DNA of 64,000 nt from Cetorhinus maximus (taxonomy: Eukaryota). How positions within the stretch are numbered: position 1 is the first letter of the stretch; the number at the start of each line of letters is the position of its first letter. The position numbers and the translations under genes are program-made. The notes under the pieces are model-generated. The model saw only the letters and a program-made list of their open reading frames with translations. It had not been told where the DNA came from and made no database searches. The stretch lies in the NCBI RefSeq assembly GCF_964194155.1, contig NC_135908.1, positions 7,874,001-7,938,000 on the forward strand, written 5' to 3'. Below, in pieces: positions 62,399 to 64,000 of this stretch.

Positions 62399-64000
62399 AG
62401 GTGAAATCGAATGAAAAGAAAAGAGGAAGAGAAAAAAGAACCAAGAAAGAACAGAGAGGGGAGAGATAGCTGGGAGAGAGAGAAGAGATAAGACATTGGG
62501 TAAGAACAGCTGAGATGCCCAGCCTAGTCAAATGGCCTGTCAGTAATCAGTTTAAGCTCTCATGAAAGAATGGCTAGTTGAGGGAGGAGACTGATGGTGT
62601 ACAGGGTCACATCTTCAGGAGAAAAGGGAATGTGAAGGAATTATTCTTAATGGATTTTACTTAAGGTGTAATCTGTAGAACTAACCTTTATATCCCAGAC
62701 CGATCATAATTTTAATGTATACTTAGTTGATCTTTCATGATATTGCATTTGGGGAGTCAAAATTGTTTTGTCTGTCGGTGGTAGGGTGAGACACCTTTGG
62801 ATAATTAGCCCAGGGCATGTAGATATAATTCAGTCCCCATTTTAAAATCATACATTCTATTTTATTTTTAATATTTTTGTAAATGTAAATTGCTTCTGCT
62901 GTAAATTCCTACATCAATATATTTATCATGGAAATTACCTATGTAAACTTGTCACAACCCCTGCCCCCAAACAGTGATGGCACTGTAGCATCTCCTCTGG
63001 TGGGAAGGTACCTTACAGTGTGACATGTTTACATATGAAATTTCCACTGTAAACGTGGTCAGGAATTTCATACAATTTCCATGCAGACTGGATCCCTCAC
63101 TATTTAAGTTTGAAAGCTATAAATAAAATTCACAGCCTAAGATCTTAAAAGAATACATTGCTGTAATATAATCAATGAAATTGTTCAAACCTGAGTGCAA
63201 CTCCCAGTGTTACCAGAGTTTATTTCAGAATTAGGCTGCTGGAGAAATCTCTGGCGCCAACCAGTAGCAATAAAGGAAGTTCTTGCAAAGCTATCAAAAA
63301 GTTGAATTTTTTTCCCCGAAAATGTAACTAGGATAAACAGAGGTGGGGGTGGAGGGGTGGGGAAGCAGTTGTGCGCTTGGATTGAAGTTAATTTGCGTAT
63401 GAAGAATATGAAAAAATTGTGAAGTGGGGGGGGGTGGGGATTTAAAATTTACGAAGGGGTCTGTATCAAACTCAGCACAATAGAGCCTGTGAGACCGGGG
63501 GTGGTGGGGGGAGGATGCTATTCGACTGCAGGAGCATCACAGCCCCACCACATCATCACCTGCACCTTCCAGCGGACTCACTGAACCGGGGGAGTGGGCA
63601 CGCTCGGTGTTTCCTGGGCAGCTTTGAGTTCGAGTCCTGACCAGGCAACGCTACCTTGGACGGTTTTTTAAATAAGACGATGGTTCCAGTGACCTGCTTG
63701 TCACTGTAGTTAAGGGTTTATCATTTTGACACCGAATCCAAACATTTAACATAAAATAAAAAAAGCCCCACGGCCATACGAGTGAACAATACACGGAATT
63801 CATCTCACAAGGTGGGGGCTGGCGAGGAATTAATCGTAGAGCGAATAAAGTCAGATTAAACCGCAAGCCCCTTTCTCGAGGTTTCCCTTACCTGCTTCAG
63901 GTAAGATCACCCAGGTCGCTCGCTGCGTGCAGGGAAGGAATTCCGTTCGTAAAATCTAATAATAATAATTAAATTTTAAAAAATGCGCTCGACTGCTTTT

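Overview
Vertebrate nuclear DNA; the repeat content (CR1/L2 LINEs, Deu-domain SINEs, Penelope hairpins) points to a shark or other elasmobranch. I reconstructed four complete multi-exon genes by hand, all with GT-AG introns and consistent phases. CIB1 (+, 7 exons, 3487-10798, 189 aa) is tail-to-tail with RCCD1 (-, 8 exons, 29709-14576, 406 aa). RCCD1 lies directly downstream of UNC45A (-, 20 exons, 52032-32781, 935 aa). The fourth gene is invisible in the ORF track: a 3-coding-exon Shisa-like-1 (SHISAL1/KIAA1644)-type single-pass membrane protein (-, 60210-57217, 148 aa), sitting where mammals have HDDC3. It may be an unrecognised SHISAL1 paralogue. The rest is intronic or intergenic: LINE fragments, a solo LTR nested in a LINE, a Penelope GIY-YIG fragment, long palindromes, tandem repeats, a 1.4-kb G/C-skewed minisatellite and two N runs. 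Gene names rest on my recall of the human proteins; no database search was run.
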